Notes: generated by a model from the letters alone, not told the origin. 63,810 nucleotides of DNA, filler included, from Vicugna vicugna (GCA_013265495.1; 84 parts of 80 records of this genome joined end to end with filler, not necessarily neighbours in it); one strand, 5' to 3'; counted from the first letter of the whole stretch, positions 36,839 to 50,094 are shown. A program made the numbers and translations.

Positions 36839-37511
36839 TGTGAATNNNNNNNNNNNNNNNNNNNNNNNNNNNNNNNNNNNNNNNNGTAAACAATGCCGAA
36901 CCACCCCCCAGAGGACAGGCCTGAAGTCCAGCGCCTCTACAGCCACTCACAGTGGTGCCCTCTGAACAGACTGAGAATAAAAAGACAGGATAATTGCCCT
37001 AGATAGCTAGGTGCTTGTATAAAGAATGAATTCAGTGAGGCCAATTGATACATAGAAAAGCACTAAATTCTTTAACTTGAGATATCTGGCTTTCTTCAGA
37101 TAACAAGCAATCTTTTATAGTTCCAACAACCTGGTCTTTGTTGTAAAGCTCCTATATATCCTAGCTCTTCCTCAACCTCTTGGGAGCAGTCCCTCAGAGA
37201 GATCTAATAGGCTGTCATCCCGGCTCGAGCCCTCCCACCAAATAAAACATAACTCTTATCTTTTAGGCTGCACATGTATTTCACTCAACAGTTTTGGACA
37301 CCATGAAGGGACCCACGGCAGACTTCTCTCCAGCTGAACTCTCCGAGGAACCGGAGCCTTGGTACCAGCAGTGGCCCTTTGTGCCCATCAGCCTCCTCGG
37401 GGAGTCCAGATGAATTTGGGTGAGTCTATACTGGTTCTCGGATCTTCCATATTGGTTGATAATCCTATCCTGAGTTTTATTAGGTGGTGTATCCAGGTAC
37501 CTGGCCCTCCA
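36839..37511 (+). mobile_element. ERV1-class 5' LTR (to 37290) with primer-binding site and leader
   Basis: TATA-like CCTATATAT (~37151), AATAAA (~37241), LTR end ...CAACA at 37290, then TGGACACCATGAAGGGAC (37295-37312) resembling the tRNA-Arg PBS TGGCGACCACGAAGGGAC. LTR start is approximate because of a gap. Confidence 0.8.
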
Positions 37512-37611
37512 NNNNNNNNNNNNNNNNNNNNNNNNNNNNNNNNNNNNNNNNNNNNTTAATTAATTAANNNNNNNNNNNNNNNNNNNNNNNNNNNNNNNNN
37601 NNNNNNNNNNN

Positions 37612-38595
37612 TCTTCAGTCACAAGTGTTCCCTGATCGGGGAAGTCCGAGAAATAAGTTTCCTCACCAAGGGGAGGCAGCCTCTGTCACTGGGATAACCT
37701 GCACACCCCCTAGCATTCGAAGGCACAGAGACATAAGGAAAATCCTCAGGGGAGACTAGCTTAGGCATTCCGTTAGAACCCAAACACTGTCGACCGTTGG
37801 TGGAACCTCCCCACGCTCAGGATTCCGAAAAAATTGTCAGTGCGTGTGGGAGCTCGAGAGAAAACTCCACGCAGCTCTCTTCAGTTACAAGTGTTCCCTG
37901 TTGGGGAAGTCCGAGAAATACCTTCCCTGACCAAGGGGAGGCATCCTCTGACACTGGGATAACCTACAAAATCCCCTTGCATTCCCTGGCACAGAGACAT
38001 TAGGAAAACCCTCAGGGGAGGCGAGCTTAGGCATTCCATTAGAACCCACGCACTGCAGACCGTTGGTGGAACCTCCCCACGCTCAGGATTCCGGAACCAT
38101 TGTCAGTGCGTGGGGGAGCTCGAGAGACAAACCTACGCAGCTCTCTTCAGTCACAGGTGTTCCCTGTTCNNNNNNNNNNNNNNNNNNNNNNNNNNNNNNN
38201 NNNNNNNNNNNNNNNNNNNNNNNNNNNNNNNNNNNNNNNNNNNNNNNNNNNNNNNNNNNNNNNNNNNNNNNNNNNNNNNNNNNNNNNNNNNNNNNNNNNN
38301 NNNNNNNNNNNNNNNNNNNNNNNNNNNNNNNNNNNNNNNNNNNNNNNNNNNNNNNNNNNNNNNNNNNNNNNNNNNNNNNNNNNNNNNNNNNNNNNNNNNN
38401 NNNNNNNNNNNNNNNNNNNNNNNNNNNNNNNNNNNNNNNNNNNNNNNNNNNNNNNNNNNNNNNNNNNNNNNNNNNNGTCACTGGAATGCCAACCCACCTA
38501 GCATTCTCTGGCACAGAGAAATTAGGGAAAATCTCAGGGGAGACGAGCTGATGCATTCCGTTACAACCCACGCGCTGCCGACAGTTGGTGGAACC
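37612..38595 (+). repeat. Satellite S1, gapped
   Basis: Tandem S1 monomers. Confidence 0.95.
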
Positions 38596-40917
38596 NNNNN
38601 NNNNNNNNNNNNNNNNNNNNNNNNNNNNNNNNNNNNNNNTTAATTAATTAANNNNNNNNNNNNNNNNNNNNNNNNNNNNNNNNNNNNNNNNNNNNAAAGG
38701 GTGCTGTCCATGGGGCTAGAAGGGAGAACAGAGGAACATTTCTTGGGCACTGAGCATAGCCAAAAAGGAGGCACAAAGACTCAGAGGGAGCAAGTGAGAG
38801 AAACAAGAGAGAGAAATGGACACANNNNNNNNNNNNNNNNNNNNNNNNNNNNNNNNNNNNNNNNNNNNNNNNNNNNNNNNNNNNNNNNNNNNNNNNNNNN
38901 NNNNNNNNNNNNNNNNNNNNNNNNNNNNNNNNNNNNNNNNNNNNNNNNNNNNNNNNNNNNNNNNNNNNNNNNNNNNNNNNNNNNNNNNNNNNNNNNNNNN
39001 NNNNNNNNNNNNNNNNNNNNNNNNNNNNNNNNNNNNNNNNNNNNNNNNNNNNNNNNNNNNNNNNNGAGAGAGAGAGAGAATATTAGCAAGCTCCTTCAGA
39101 CTGACTTTGGGAAGGGAAACATTGCCTCCTGCCTCACGGGTTTTAGTCTTTGGATTCCAGAGGGAGGATGGCAGGGGAAATGCTGATTTTCTTCCATGCG
39201 GATTGTGTTTTCTGGACTCCTGTGCAGTTCTTCCGAGGTGAAAGCCATAATCTTTGGCAAGTTCAGTCCCTTTGGGGGCTAAATCCTTCCCCTGTGGGCA
39301 CATGGAGTCCACAGTTTGTCCATTCCTTTGCTTGTCTGTTCTGCTGTGAATCACTGTGATAGCTCTTGAGATCTATCCCTAAGCATTTGAGTGACAAGGG
39401 TTTTTCTCCTTCTACTGAGGTTTGGTTCCAAAACCAACGAAGAAGTTGCCTAAGGCAGAGCTGACCGCCATCGGAGAACATCTTACCAGACGGGCAATCT
39501 CATCATGTGCACGAGCCTTAGTTTGGTAACAAATTTTGATGCAGAAACTTGGAGCTGCACTCTCTCGGTGGTCAGCGTCCTCTGGGCTTCCTTCTTGCAG
39601 CTTCTGGCAGTGGGAACACACAGGTTCGAATGTGAAGAGCCAGCTGCCTGTGGCAAGCTGGCCAGAAGGGGATTCTCAGGAAAGTCCCAGCAGTTGCTGC
39701 AAATGTTCATCCTGGGGATTCTGTCCATCTGTCCCCTGCCCAGCACTGGCTGCCAGTTTTCACTTAAAGTTGGTGGCGATGAATTCTAAGTTCTAAACTG
39801 AACTTTTATATTTGAAAGCAAACCCTGGAGCTCACGTATTAGAAGGAAAATTGTAATACCCACTTTCTTCTAGGACTTCTTCAATCACAGTCTAAAATGG
39901 AAAAAGAAATCAGNNNNNNNNNNNNNNNNNNNNNNNNNNNNNNNNNNNNNNNNNNNNTTAATTAATTAANNNNNNNNNNNNNNNNNNNNNNNNNNNNNNN
40001 NNNNNNNNNNNNNCCTCCCAGGAGAAGCCTCAGTGTTTGGGAGGTGGCTAACATGCCTTCTTCGTGTCACCAGCAGGTGGTGCCACCTGCAGGAAATCAG
40101 CTGTAATCCTGGGATGGATCAGCCCTGAGTGATATGATAAAGGCTCCTACAAGAGGGGGCATCTGATGGACAGTGAACCAACCAACAGACTGATGAGATT
40201 CCCACCTGTGTTTATCGTGCTTTCGTAGCCAAGAGTGAGGAGATTGTTGAATGGCTCACCATGAATATTTTAACAACTTGAGAGGGTTCCATGTCTCACT
40301 GCATTTAAGTGTCACCTGGAGGAATTCAGGCAGTGTTTAGACCCAGGGGAGGCTAACGGCCTCTTGGTTTCTCATCAACCTGGCAAGCCCACCAACCCTC
40401 TATGGCCAGACCTTGGCAAGTCCCTTCCCTTGTTAGAACAAAACCTTTCCCAAGCACGCCTGTGGTAAGCTTTTGTTTTTTTTTAAATTAATGGGAATGA
40501 AGAAATTAATGGGAATGAAGATACTTTACAGCCTCCTCATACCTTTCCTTAGGGCTTCTCGCCTTAGACCCCGGCAAGGGGGCCCGCTGCCCTCAGTCCT
40601 GCACTGCAGACGGTCCCCCTGGCCCTGACACTTCCTCTGGCCACGCCCTCCATTGGGTGGAGTCAGCAGGGCCAAGGGGACATGGTCTTTGGCTCCTTCT
40701 CGTGCTCTAGAAACCCAGGACCCCGAATGCCCTGCCTCAGCAGGCCCTGATCCATTTCTAGTGCCTGCACCAGCTCTCCCCAGAATTCAGATTCCCAGGA
40801 CTCACAGAGAGGCCAAANNNNNNNNNNNNNNNNNNNNNNNNNNNNNNNNNNNNNNNNNNNNTTAATTAATTAANNNNNNNNNNNNNNNNNNNNNNNNNNN
40901 NNNNNNNNNNNNNNNNN

Positions 40918-41629
40918 CGGATTCGACAAATATACATTCCTGAGTTGAGATCATCTGGATTAATAATCTTTCCTCCTCTGTAAAAGCAATATTTTCATCT
41001 AGACACGTGTACACATTTTCACAAGCTTTCCCTAACACCAGGTTCGAATTTGTGCATTTTTCACAGAAAATTAGTTCTGGAGCGATTTCCACCTAACANN
41101 NNNNNNNNNNNNNNNNNNNNNNNNNNNNNNNNNNNNNNNNNNNNNNNNNNNNNNNNNNNNNNNNNNNNNNNNNNNNNNNNNNNNNNNNNNNNNNNNNNNN
41201 NNNNNNNNNNNNNNNNNNNNNNNNNNNNNNNNNNNNNNNNNNNNNNNNNNNNNNNNNNNNNNNNNNNNNNNNNNNNNNNNNNNNNNNNNNNNNNNNNNNN
41301 NNNNNNNNNNNNNNNNNNNNNNNNACATTTGGCACCAGAAAACACTCTTTGAGCGAATTCTCACCAATACACATGTAATTTACATTGTTTAGATAACCAT
41401 GGAATTCCGTATTACGAGCATGTTTCATGCAACTCGGATTCCTCAAACATGCATTTCTGAGTTGTGAACATGCGCATGACTGATATTTAAACCATAATAA
41501 GTTACTTATGCACTTTGAAATATTTACTTTGACTTCGTAGCGTCTTCCTATCTCCAGTTTCTACAATTAAACTTTGATCCCTGCAAGACACTCTTAGAGG
41601 GAATTCTACCCTGGAGTTATGTAATTTGA
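40918..41629 (-). repeat. Satellite S2, gapped
   Basis: Reverse-complement S2 motifs. Confidence 0.9.
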
Positions 41630-41729
41630 NNNNNNNNNNNNNNNNNNNNNNNNNNNNNNNNNNNNNNNNNNNNTTAATTAATTAANNNNNNNNNNNNNNN
41701 NNNNNNNNNNNNNNNNNNNNNNNNNNNNN

Positions 41730-41881
41730 TAATACTGCTTTTGATGTACCCCATGGATTTGGTATTTGTTGTCATTTTTCTTTATATATTTTTCCTTTGA
41801 TTTATACAGCAAACCATTTGTTGTAAATATTGTATGATTTATCCTCCACACTATAGTATTTTTCTCAGGTTTTTTCTTTTA
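41730..41881 (-). mobile_element. LINE-1 ORF2 fragment (just after the endonuclease domain), antisense
   Basis: Reverse complement contains tggaggataaatcata... and aaataccaaatccatggggtacatcaaaagcagta (YQNLWD.AKAV region). Confidence 0.65.
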
Positions 41882-42087
41882 GTAAATTTCTATTCTCATA
41901 AAATCCATAACTTTCTTCACAAAATAAAGAGAAAAATAATAAAACTTATAAAAACATCTGAAAGACCCAAATTTTCTAAAACTATTTTGAAAAATGAAAA
42001 AAGCTTTGTGTATTACCGTCTCTGATTTTATAACACACTACAAAGCTACAGTAATCAATACATCAATATATGGCACTTAGAGAAACA
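41882..42087 (+). mobile_element. LINE-1 ORF2 fragment (post-RT), sense
   Basis: ttcttcacaaaata...aagacccaaa...ctgattttataacacactacaaagctacagtaatcaa (FFTE...PDFK.YYKATVIK region). Confidence 0.8.
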
Positions 42088-42977
42088 NNNNNNNNNNNNN
42101 NNNNNNNNNNNNNNNNNNNNNNNNNNNNNNNTTAATTAATTAANNNNNNNNNNNNNNNNNNNNNNNNNNNNNNNNNNNNNNNNNNNNGCACAGCTGCTCG
42201 TTCCTCGTAAGTGCAGGATAGCATAGCTTTTCCGGTGACGGCTTATGACAGCACTGTGTAGACACTCAGTGCTCCGAATGGCTGCCTTGTGGTTTGGAGA
42301 TGGGATTCTCAATTCTGTAAATGCCCAAGGATTGTGTTATTGGGCCCTGCTGAGTTGAATCTATTCTTTAGAAAGTACATAGTGTAGATATATTTTTCAA
42401 GCATGCATGCTTTTTTTTCTTTTATTATTTATAATTCTACCCTCTCATCTCTTGGTGTGACTTTTCATGGAATCCAGGAAACAGTCCTAAGCCACCTGCC
42501 TCTTCATACTTCTCTGTGGTGGTATTTCTTCCCTGACTAGAAGACGGTTTTGCATAGGAAATTTTCTTTGTTCCCCTTTCCTTGGAGTCTCTCTGTTTGT
42601 CTCCCCATCTCTCACCTGTCCATCTGTCCATTTCTCAATCCACTGATCCTTCTGACTTGTTCCAAAAAGCACTTCAGGCAGCTTACAGAAGAACAGATAC
42701 CAAGTAAACAGGTGAGAAAGTGGGGCCAAGTTCAGACAGTGAGTCTAGGAGGTAAGCCTGTGTGAGAGTTGTAGGCATGAGACACAAGCCTCTGCCCTGT
42801 GACTGATAAGATTGACAGCAACAGTGTGCCTTAGGCTCCCAGTAGACACAGGGAAGCAGAGTTTGTGTGAGATGCTCNNNNNNNNNNNNNNNNNNNNNNN
42901 NNNNNNNNNNNNNNNNNNNNNTTAATTAATTAANNNNNNNNNNNNNNNNNNNNNNNNNNNNNNNNNNNNNNNNNNNN

Positions 42978-43400
42978 AATAAATAAAATAGAGATTTAAA
43001 AAACCATAGAAAAAAATCTATCAAACCAAAAGCTGTTTTTATTGAAAAAGTAAATAAAATCGACAAACCTCTGGCTAAACTCACAAAGAAGAAAAAAGAG
43101 AGAGCACAAATTAACAAAATAAGAAAATGAAATGGAGAAATTACAACAAATAAAATAGAAATACAGAATAGCATATGAGAATATTATGAAAAACTATATG
43201 GAAGAAAAACTATATGGTAGAGGAGATGGACAAATTTCTGGAAACATACAGTCCACCAAGACTGAATCAAGAAGAAACTGACCACTTGAACAAACCAATC
43301 ACTAGAAATGAAATCAAAATAGCAATAAAAAAACAAAATAGAAAAAACTCCCTATAAATAAAAATCCAGGACCAGACGGCTTCACTGGGGAATTCTACCA
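42978..43400 (+). mobile_element. LINE-1 ORF2 fragment
   Basis: [45 protein letters not shown] and PGPDGFTGEFY motifs. Confidence 0.95.
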
Positions 43401-43500
43401 NNNNNNNNNNNNNNNNNNNNNNNNNNNNNNNNNNNNNNNNNNNNTTAATTAATTAANNNNNNNNNNNNNNNNNNNNNNNNNNNNNNNNNNNNNNNNNNNN

Positions 43501-43939
43501 CAACTCCATACATATATGGGGATGCACTAGCTCCAACTCTTTTTTTTCAGTGAAAACGGCAGGAACTTCAATCCGGCTGTGTGAAACAGACTGAGAATCC
43601 AGAGAAAGTGTTTCTCCTGTAATCCGTTCACTTTGTGATAGATGAGCGTACTTCTCTCCACATGCTGAATTCTGAGGGTTAAGTGTGTGTGAATGCCTTC
43701 CTTCAAATAGCTTGTTGGTAACACAAAGTTTCTTTTAATTTGCAAACTCCAGTACTTACTTATATATGGTGATATATGGTGTGGCAAAACTCAATATCTT
43801 TTTAACAGTGAATACTGCATGAAATTCTAACCGACACTAAGAAACAGACCGAGAATTTAGAGTACGTGATTCTCCTGCAACCCATTCCGTTTGGGCTGAA
43901 TGAACGAACGTCTCTCCACTTGCTCAGTTCTGAGAGTTA
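43501..43939 (+). repeat. Satellite S5
   Basis: GAAACAGAC.GAGAAT repeated at 43583 and 43841; homologous to 24934-25363. Confidence 0.88.
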
Positions 43940-44039
43940 NNNNNNNNNNNNNNNNNNNNNNNNNNNNNNNNNNNNNNNNNNNNTTAATTAATTAANNNNN
44001 NNNNNNNNNNNNNNNNNNNNNNNNNNNNNNNNNNNNNNN

Positions 44040-44812
44040 TGACATGATAATCTATATAGAGAACCCTAAAGATTCTCAACACCAAAACAGCTAAAACTAA
44101 TATAGACATTTAGCAAAGTAGCATGATTCATGATTAATATACCAAAACAGTCACATTTCTTTACACTAACAATGAAATACTCCATAATTTTAAAAATCCA
44201 TATGAAATTAGATCAAAAAATGAAAAATCTATGAAAAAACCAAGATAATAAAATCTATAGGACACTGATAAATAAATTTGAAGATGATGCAAAGAAATGG
44301 AAAGAAATCTCAAGGTCTTAGTTTAGAGGAATTAATATTGTTAAAATATACATACTACAAAATACTAGAAAAGATGTCCACAGATATAAAGTGATTCAGA
44401 TCGATATACATGATATTTTGCACAGAAATTAAAACAGTACTAAGATTTGTATGGAACTGCAAAAGTACCAGAACTGCAAAATAAACAATGAGGAAAAAGA
44501 ACAAAGTTGGGGTCATAACACATATCCCCCCCAGATTTCAGACTATATTACAAAAACAGTAATCAAAACAGCACAATAATGGGAAAAGAACAAATATCTA
44601 TATCACTGGAACAGAACACAACTAAACTATGACAAAGGAAACAATGGCAAAGGAATCAAAAATATACAATGCCTAACAGACACTCTTCGGCAAGTGATGT
44701 TGAGAAAGCTAGACAGCTACATGTAAATAAATGAAACTAGAACACTCCCTCACACTGTACAAAAATAAACCCAAAATGTTTTAAATATCTGAATCTAATA
44801 CATGACACAATA
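44040..44812 (+). mobile_element. LINE-1 ORF2 RT C-terminal / post-RT fragment, degenerate
   Basis: Begins DMIIYIENPKDS (just after the FADD motif); later ccagatttcagactatattacaaa and ctagaacactccctcacac. Confidence 0.92.
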
Positions 44813-44912
44813 NNNNNNNNNNNNNNNNNNNNNNNNNNNNNNNNNNNNNNNNNNNNTTAATTAATTAANNNNNNNNNNNNNNNNNNNNNNNNNNNNNNNN
44901 NNNNNNNNNNNN

Positions 44913-45596
44913 CACCTGTGCCCACATCTATCTACGTGGAGTGCGGATACACAAATCACCCCCCCACAAGTCTGGATTCCGCAATCCTGAGAGTGGGAAA
45001 GTTCCTCCAACTGACAGCAGTGACACCTGTGCCCACATCTATCTACGTGGAGTGCGGATACACAAATCACCCCCCCACAAGTCTGGATTCCGCAATCCTG
45101 AGAGTGGGAAAGTTCCTCCAACTGACAGCAGTGCCAGTGTTGTAGTAGAATCCTTAAGCTTCTCTTCCCTGATGGATTGCATTAGCTGGAGTGCGGTTCA
45201 AAGTGGGATTATATAGGCTTTGATCTATTGTGGGGTTTGGTCTCTATAGCTAAGTTTTAGCGAGTGCCTCTCTATGGGCATGGAGGTTTTTAAAACTACA
45301 TCCCTAACCTTTAAACACCTGCCCCCCACCCCATNNNNNNNNNNNNNNNNNNNNNNNNNNNNNNNNNNNNNNNNNNNNNNNNNNNNNNNNNNNNNNNNNN
45401 NNNNNNNNNNNNNNNNNNNNNNNNNNNNNNNNNNNNNNNNNNNNNNNNNNNNNNNNNNNNNNNNNNNNNAGTGTGGCTACTCCAAATGACAGCAGCAACT
45501 GGGATCTTATAATATCACTTGGCTTGCTTTCCCTGAGGGTTTCCATGGGCCAGGCTGTGAGCGAAGGTAGGTGTTGGGCACTAAACACTACACTAG
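44913..45596 (-). repeat. Satellite S4 with an exact 111-bp-period tandem duplication at its start
   Basis: CTGAGAGTGGGAAAGTTCCTCCAACTGACAGCAG core; 44913-45022 is repeated at 45024-45133. Confidence 0.88.
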
Positions 45597-45696
45597 NNNN
45601 NNNNNNNNNNNNNNNNNNNNNNNNNNNNNNNNNNNNNNNNTTAATTAATTAANNNNNNNNNNNNNNNNNNNNNNNNNNNNNNNNNNNNNNNNNNNN

Positions 45697-45946
45697 GGAG
45701 TGTGTGGAAGTTCCTCCAACTGACAGCAGCTCCTGGGTTCTAATAGAATTCCTTAGCTTGTCTTCCCTGATGGTTTGCCAAGACCAGAGTGAGGAGGAGA
45801 GTGGGCGTTGGGCTCTTCAACCAAGTATTAGTGAGTGCCTCTCTATGAGAAATGGACGTCTTTAAACTTCAACCCCCATCCTGGGAATACCTCTGCTCAA
45901 AGAAAATGCGTGGACTCTGTTTCCTAACCTAGAGCACACACACGAA
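45697..45946 (-). repeat. Satellite S4
   Basis: GTTCCTCCAACTGACAGCAGCTCCTGGGTTCTAATAGAAT core. Confidence 0.88.
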
Positions 45947-46046
45947 NNNNNNNNNNNNNNNNNNNNNNNNNNNNNNNNNNNNNNNNNNNNTTAATTAATT
46001 AANNNNNNNNNNNNNNNNNNNNNNNNNNNNNNNNNNNNNNNNNNNN

Positions 46047-46445
46047 ATGCATGTTTGAGGAATCCGTGTTGCATGAAACATGTTCGTAATATGGAATGCA
46101 ATGGTTATTTAAACAATGTAAACTGCAGGTGTATTGGTGAGAATTCGCTCAAAGAGTGTTTTCTGGTGCCAAATGTCCGATTTTAGGACCTGGTGATAGG
46201 AAAAACCTATCAAGTCAGAGTAAATGTGTCTACGTCTATATTCACCTTGTTCGGATGATGAAAGGTCAGTAATCGACATGCTCACAAGACAGAAACACAT
46301 GATTGCCGAATCCGTCTACGGAATTCGGCATGTGGATGGAATTCATGTAAATTACATATCTGTTAGGTGGAAATAGCTCCAGAAGTATTCTTCTGTGAAA
46401 AATGCACGAATTCGAAACTGGTTTTAGTGAAATATTGTATTGTGA
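46047..46445 (+). repeat. Satellite S2
   Basis: Subunit C to subunit A motifs. Confidence 0.9.
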
Positions 46446-46545
46446 NNNNNNNNNNNNNNNNNNNNNNNNNNNNNNNNNNNNNNNNNNNNTTAATTAATTA
46501 ANNNNNNNNNNNNNNNNNNNNNNNNNNNNNNNNNNNNNNNNNNNN

Positions 46546-46992
46546 TCCCCACGCTCAGGATTCCGGAACTATTTTCAATGCGTGGGGGAGATCGAGAGAC
46601 AAATGCACGAAGCTCTCGTCAGTCACAGGTGTTCCCTGTACGGGGAGGTCCGAGAAATAACTTCCCTGACATTGGGGAGGCAGCCTTTGTCACAGGGATA
46701 TCCTGCAAAACCCCCTAACATTCCCTGGCACAGAGACATTAGGAAAACCCTCAGGGGTACGAGCTTAGGCTTTCCGTTAGAATCCACGCGCTGCCGACCG
46801 TTGATGGAACCTCCCCTCGCTCAGGATTCCGGAAATATTGTCAGTGAGTGGGGGAGATCGAGAGACAGCACGAAGCTCTCGTCAATCACAGGGGTTCCCT
46901 GTTCGGGGAGGTCCGAGAAATATCTTCCCTAACTTTGGGGAGGCAGACTCTTTCACTGGGATAACCTGTAAACCCCCCTAGCATTCCCTGGC
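46546..46992 (+). repeat. Satellite S1
   Basis: About 1.7 monomers. Confidence 0.95.
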
Positions 46993-47092
46993 NNNNNNNN
47001 NNNNNNNNNNNNNNNNNNNNNNNNNNNNNNNNNNNNTTAATTAATTAANNNNNNNNNNNNNNNNNNNNNNNNNNNNNNNNNNNNNNNNNNNN

Positions 47093-47807
47093 AAACACAG
47101 AAAGCAGTTTAGTGAGCTCAGTAATAAAATAAATGTTGGTAAGGAATACATTACCTAAGAGATTGAAACTATGTAACAACCAAACATTATTGGAGGACCA
47201 GATGAACTTAATAAATGATATGAAGTATGCAACAGAAAGCATTGGAAGAAGACTGTCTTGTGGAAGAGAGATTAGCAAACTCACCAATACAAAACAAGAA
47301 ATGATAGGAGAGGGCAGAAATATAAGATATTAAAAAGTGAGGAAATTCTAAAATAGACATCAGACTTCTTCAGGAAGTTCACATTAGAGTGAAATCCTGG
47401 AGGGAGGAGAAATTTAGAAGGCAGCTGATGGTTTAATTAAAGTTGTAATAGTTGATAACTTCCTGAACCTGGATAAGGAACTGACATACAATTCCGTGAG
47501 CCAACACAACACCAATAACTTTAAGTCAATGAGACCTTCTTCAAGATACATCATATGCAAATTGGGAAGTAAATGCCAGAGAAAAATTTTAAAAGCAGCC
47601 AATAAAACTTATGTTAATCTACATAGGAACCCCCATTAGGCTATCAGCAGATTGCTGAGCAGAAAACATACAATTGCTGAGCACATACACCAAGGGTAAT
47701 TAAATGGACATTTACAAACTACTGAAATAAGAAATCTCTCACCCAAGGATACTCTAACTTGAACAGTTATCACTTAGGTGTAAAGTAAAAATAAAGTATT
47801 TACCAGA
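47093..47807 (+). mobile_element. Old LINE-1 (or HAL1) ORF1 relic
   Basis: gataacttcctgaacctg (ENFPNL), gagaaaaattttaaaagcagcc (EKILKAA), ggaacccccattaggctatcagcagatt (GTPIRLSAD). Confidence 0.85.
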
Positions 47808-48293
47808 NNNNNNNNNNNNNNNNNNNNNNNNNNNNNNNNNNNNNNNNNNNNTTAATTAATTAANNNNNNNNNNNNNNNNNNNNNNNNNNNNNNNNNNNNN
47901 NNNNNNNTCATGCTCTACAGTCCAGACCTGCTCAGGAGCCAGTCTGATGACCTCACTAATTACCCTCACCCTTCCAGGACAGGATCCTCCCACTAGGCCC
48001 CCTCGTGGGTCCCAGGGAACTGTGGATGGGTGTGGTGCCCACTGTTCCAGGCAATGGCTTCTTTCAGGCACCACCTAAATCTCTGAGCAGGACACATGGC
48101 AGGGGGTGGTTGCAACATCAGGAAGAACTTGGCACTGGAACAGCGGTTCCCATGGCCCCTTTCCACGTGCCCTTGCCTGCTGTGTGGCCATTGNNNNNNN
48201 NNNNNNNNNNNNNNNNNNNNNNNNNNNNNNNNNNNNNTTAATTAATTAANNNNNNNNNNNNNNNNNNNNNNNNNNNNNNNNNNNNNNNNNNNN

Positions 48294-49066
48294 GGAACAA
48301 CTGTGACTGAAGAGAGCTGCGTGGAGGTGTCTCTCGAGTTCCCGCACGCACTGACAATATTTCCGGAATACTGAGCGAGGGGAGGTTCCACCAACGGTCG
48401 GCAGCGCGTGGGTTCTAACGGAAAGCCTAAGCTCGCCTCCCCTGAGGATTTTCCTAATGTCACNNNNNNNNNNNNNNNNNNNNNNNNNNNNNNNNNNNNN
48501 NNNNNNNNNNNNNNNNNNNNNNNNNNNNNNNNNNNNNNNNNNNNNNNNNNNNNNNNNNNNNNNNNNNNNNNNNNNNNNNNNNNNNNNNNNNNNNNNNNNN
48601 NNNNNNNNNNNNNNNNNNNNNNNNNNNNNNNNNNNNNNNNNNNNNNNNNNNNNNNNNNNNNNNNNNNNNNNNNNNNCGTGGGTTCTAAAGCCTAAGCTCG
48701 CCTCCCCTGAGGTTATTCCTAATATCTCTTGGCCAGGGAATACTAGGGGGGTTTGTAGGTTATCCCAGTGACAGAGGCTGCATCCCCATGGTCAGGGAAG
48801 GTATTTCTCGGACTTCCCCGAACAGGGAACACCCGTGACTGAAGAGAGCTGCGTGGAGTTGTCTCTCGAGCACCCACACGCACTGACAATGGTTCCGGAA
48901 TCCTGAGCGTTGGGAGGTTCCACCAACGGTCGGCAGCGCGTGGGTTCTAACGGAATGCCTAAGCTCGTCTCCCCTGAGGGTTTTCCGAATGTCTCTGAGG
49001 CAGGGAATACTAGGGGGATTTGCAGTATATCCCAGTGTAAGAGGCTGACTCCCCAAGGTCAGGGAA
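48294..49066 (-). repeat. Satellite S1, gapped
   Basis: Reverse-complement S1 monomers. Confidence 0.95.
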
Positions 49067-49166
49067 NNNNNNNNNNNNNNNNNNNNNNNNNNNNNNNNNN
49101 NNNNNNNNNNTTAATTAATTAANNNNNNNNNNNNNNNNNNNNNNNNNNNNNNNNNNNNNNNNNNNN

Positions 49167-50094
49167 ATTCTATATTATAAATTCTGTGTTCTGCATTCCA
49201 TGTTGTAAATTATGATGTCAATATTCTTTATTCTATATAATATATTCTGTGTTCCTCACACTATTTTCTAAATTCTATATTCAGTATTCTGTATTCTATA
49301 TTCTAAATAATGTGTCCTGCATTCCANNNNNNNNNNNNNNNNNNNNNNNNNNNNNNNNNNNNNNNNNNNNNNNNNNNNNNNNNNNNNNNNNNNNNNNNNN
49401 NNNNNNNNNNNNNNNNNNNNNNNNNNNNNNNNNNNNNNNNNNNNNNNNNNNNNNNNNNNNNNNNNNNNNNNNNNNNNNNNNNNNNNNNNNNNNNNNNNNN
49501 NNNNNNNNNNNNNNNNNNNNNNNNNNNNNNNNNNNNNNNNNNNNNNNNNNNNNNNNNNNNNNNNNNNNNNNNNNNNTACATTCTATATTCTAAATTCTAT
49601 ATTCAGTATTATGTAATCTATATTCTAAATTCTGTGTTGTGCATAGCATGTTCTTTATTCTGGATTCTATATTCTGTATTCTAAATTCTATATTGTGTGT
49701 TCTAAATTCTATATTCTAAACTCTATATTCAGTATTCTTTATATATATTCTAAATTCTGTGTTCTACATTCTGTATTCTATATTCAATATTCAGTATTCT
49801 CTTTACTATATTCAAAATTGTATATTCAGCATTCTCTATTCTATACTCTAAATACTATGTTCTGCTTTCCATGTTCTAAATTCTGTGTTGTATATTCTCT
49901 ATTCTATATTCCTTATTTTGTATTCTTCATTCTATTTTCTACATTCTATATTCTGAATTCCGTATTCTATATTATTTATTCTGAGTTCTACATTCTATAT
50001 TCTAAATTCTATATTCAGTATTATGTTTTCTATATTCTAAATTCTGTGTGCTGGATTTCATGTTTTAAATTCTGGGTTCTGTATACTCTATTAT
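49167..50094 (+). repeat. Satellite S3, gapped
   Basis: Heptamer periodicity. Confidence 0.93.

Noticed and set aside
40485..40521. 18-bp tandem duplication AAATTAATGGGAATGAAG (and a similar short one at ~43188-43217)
   Set aside because: Ordinary slippage-type micro-duplications.
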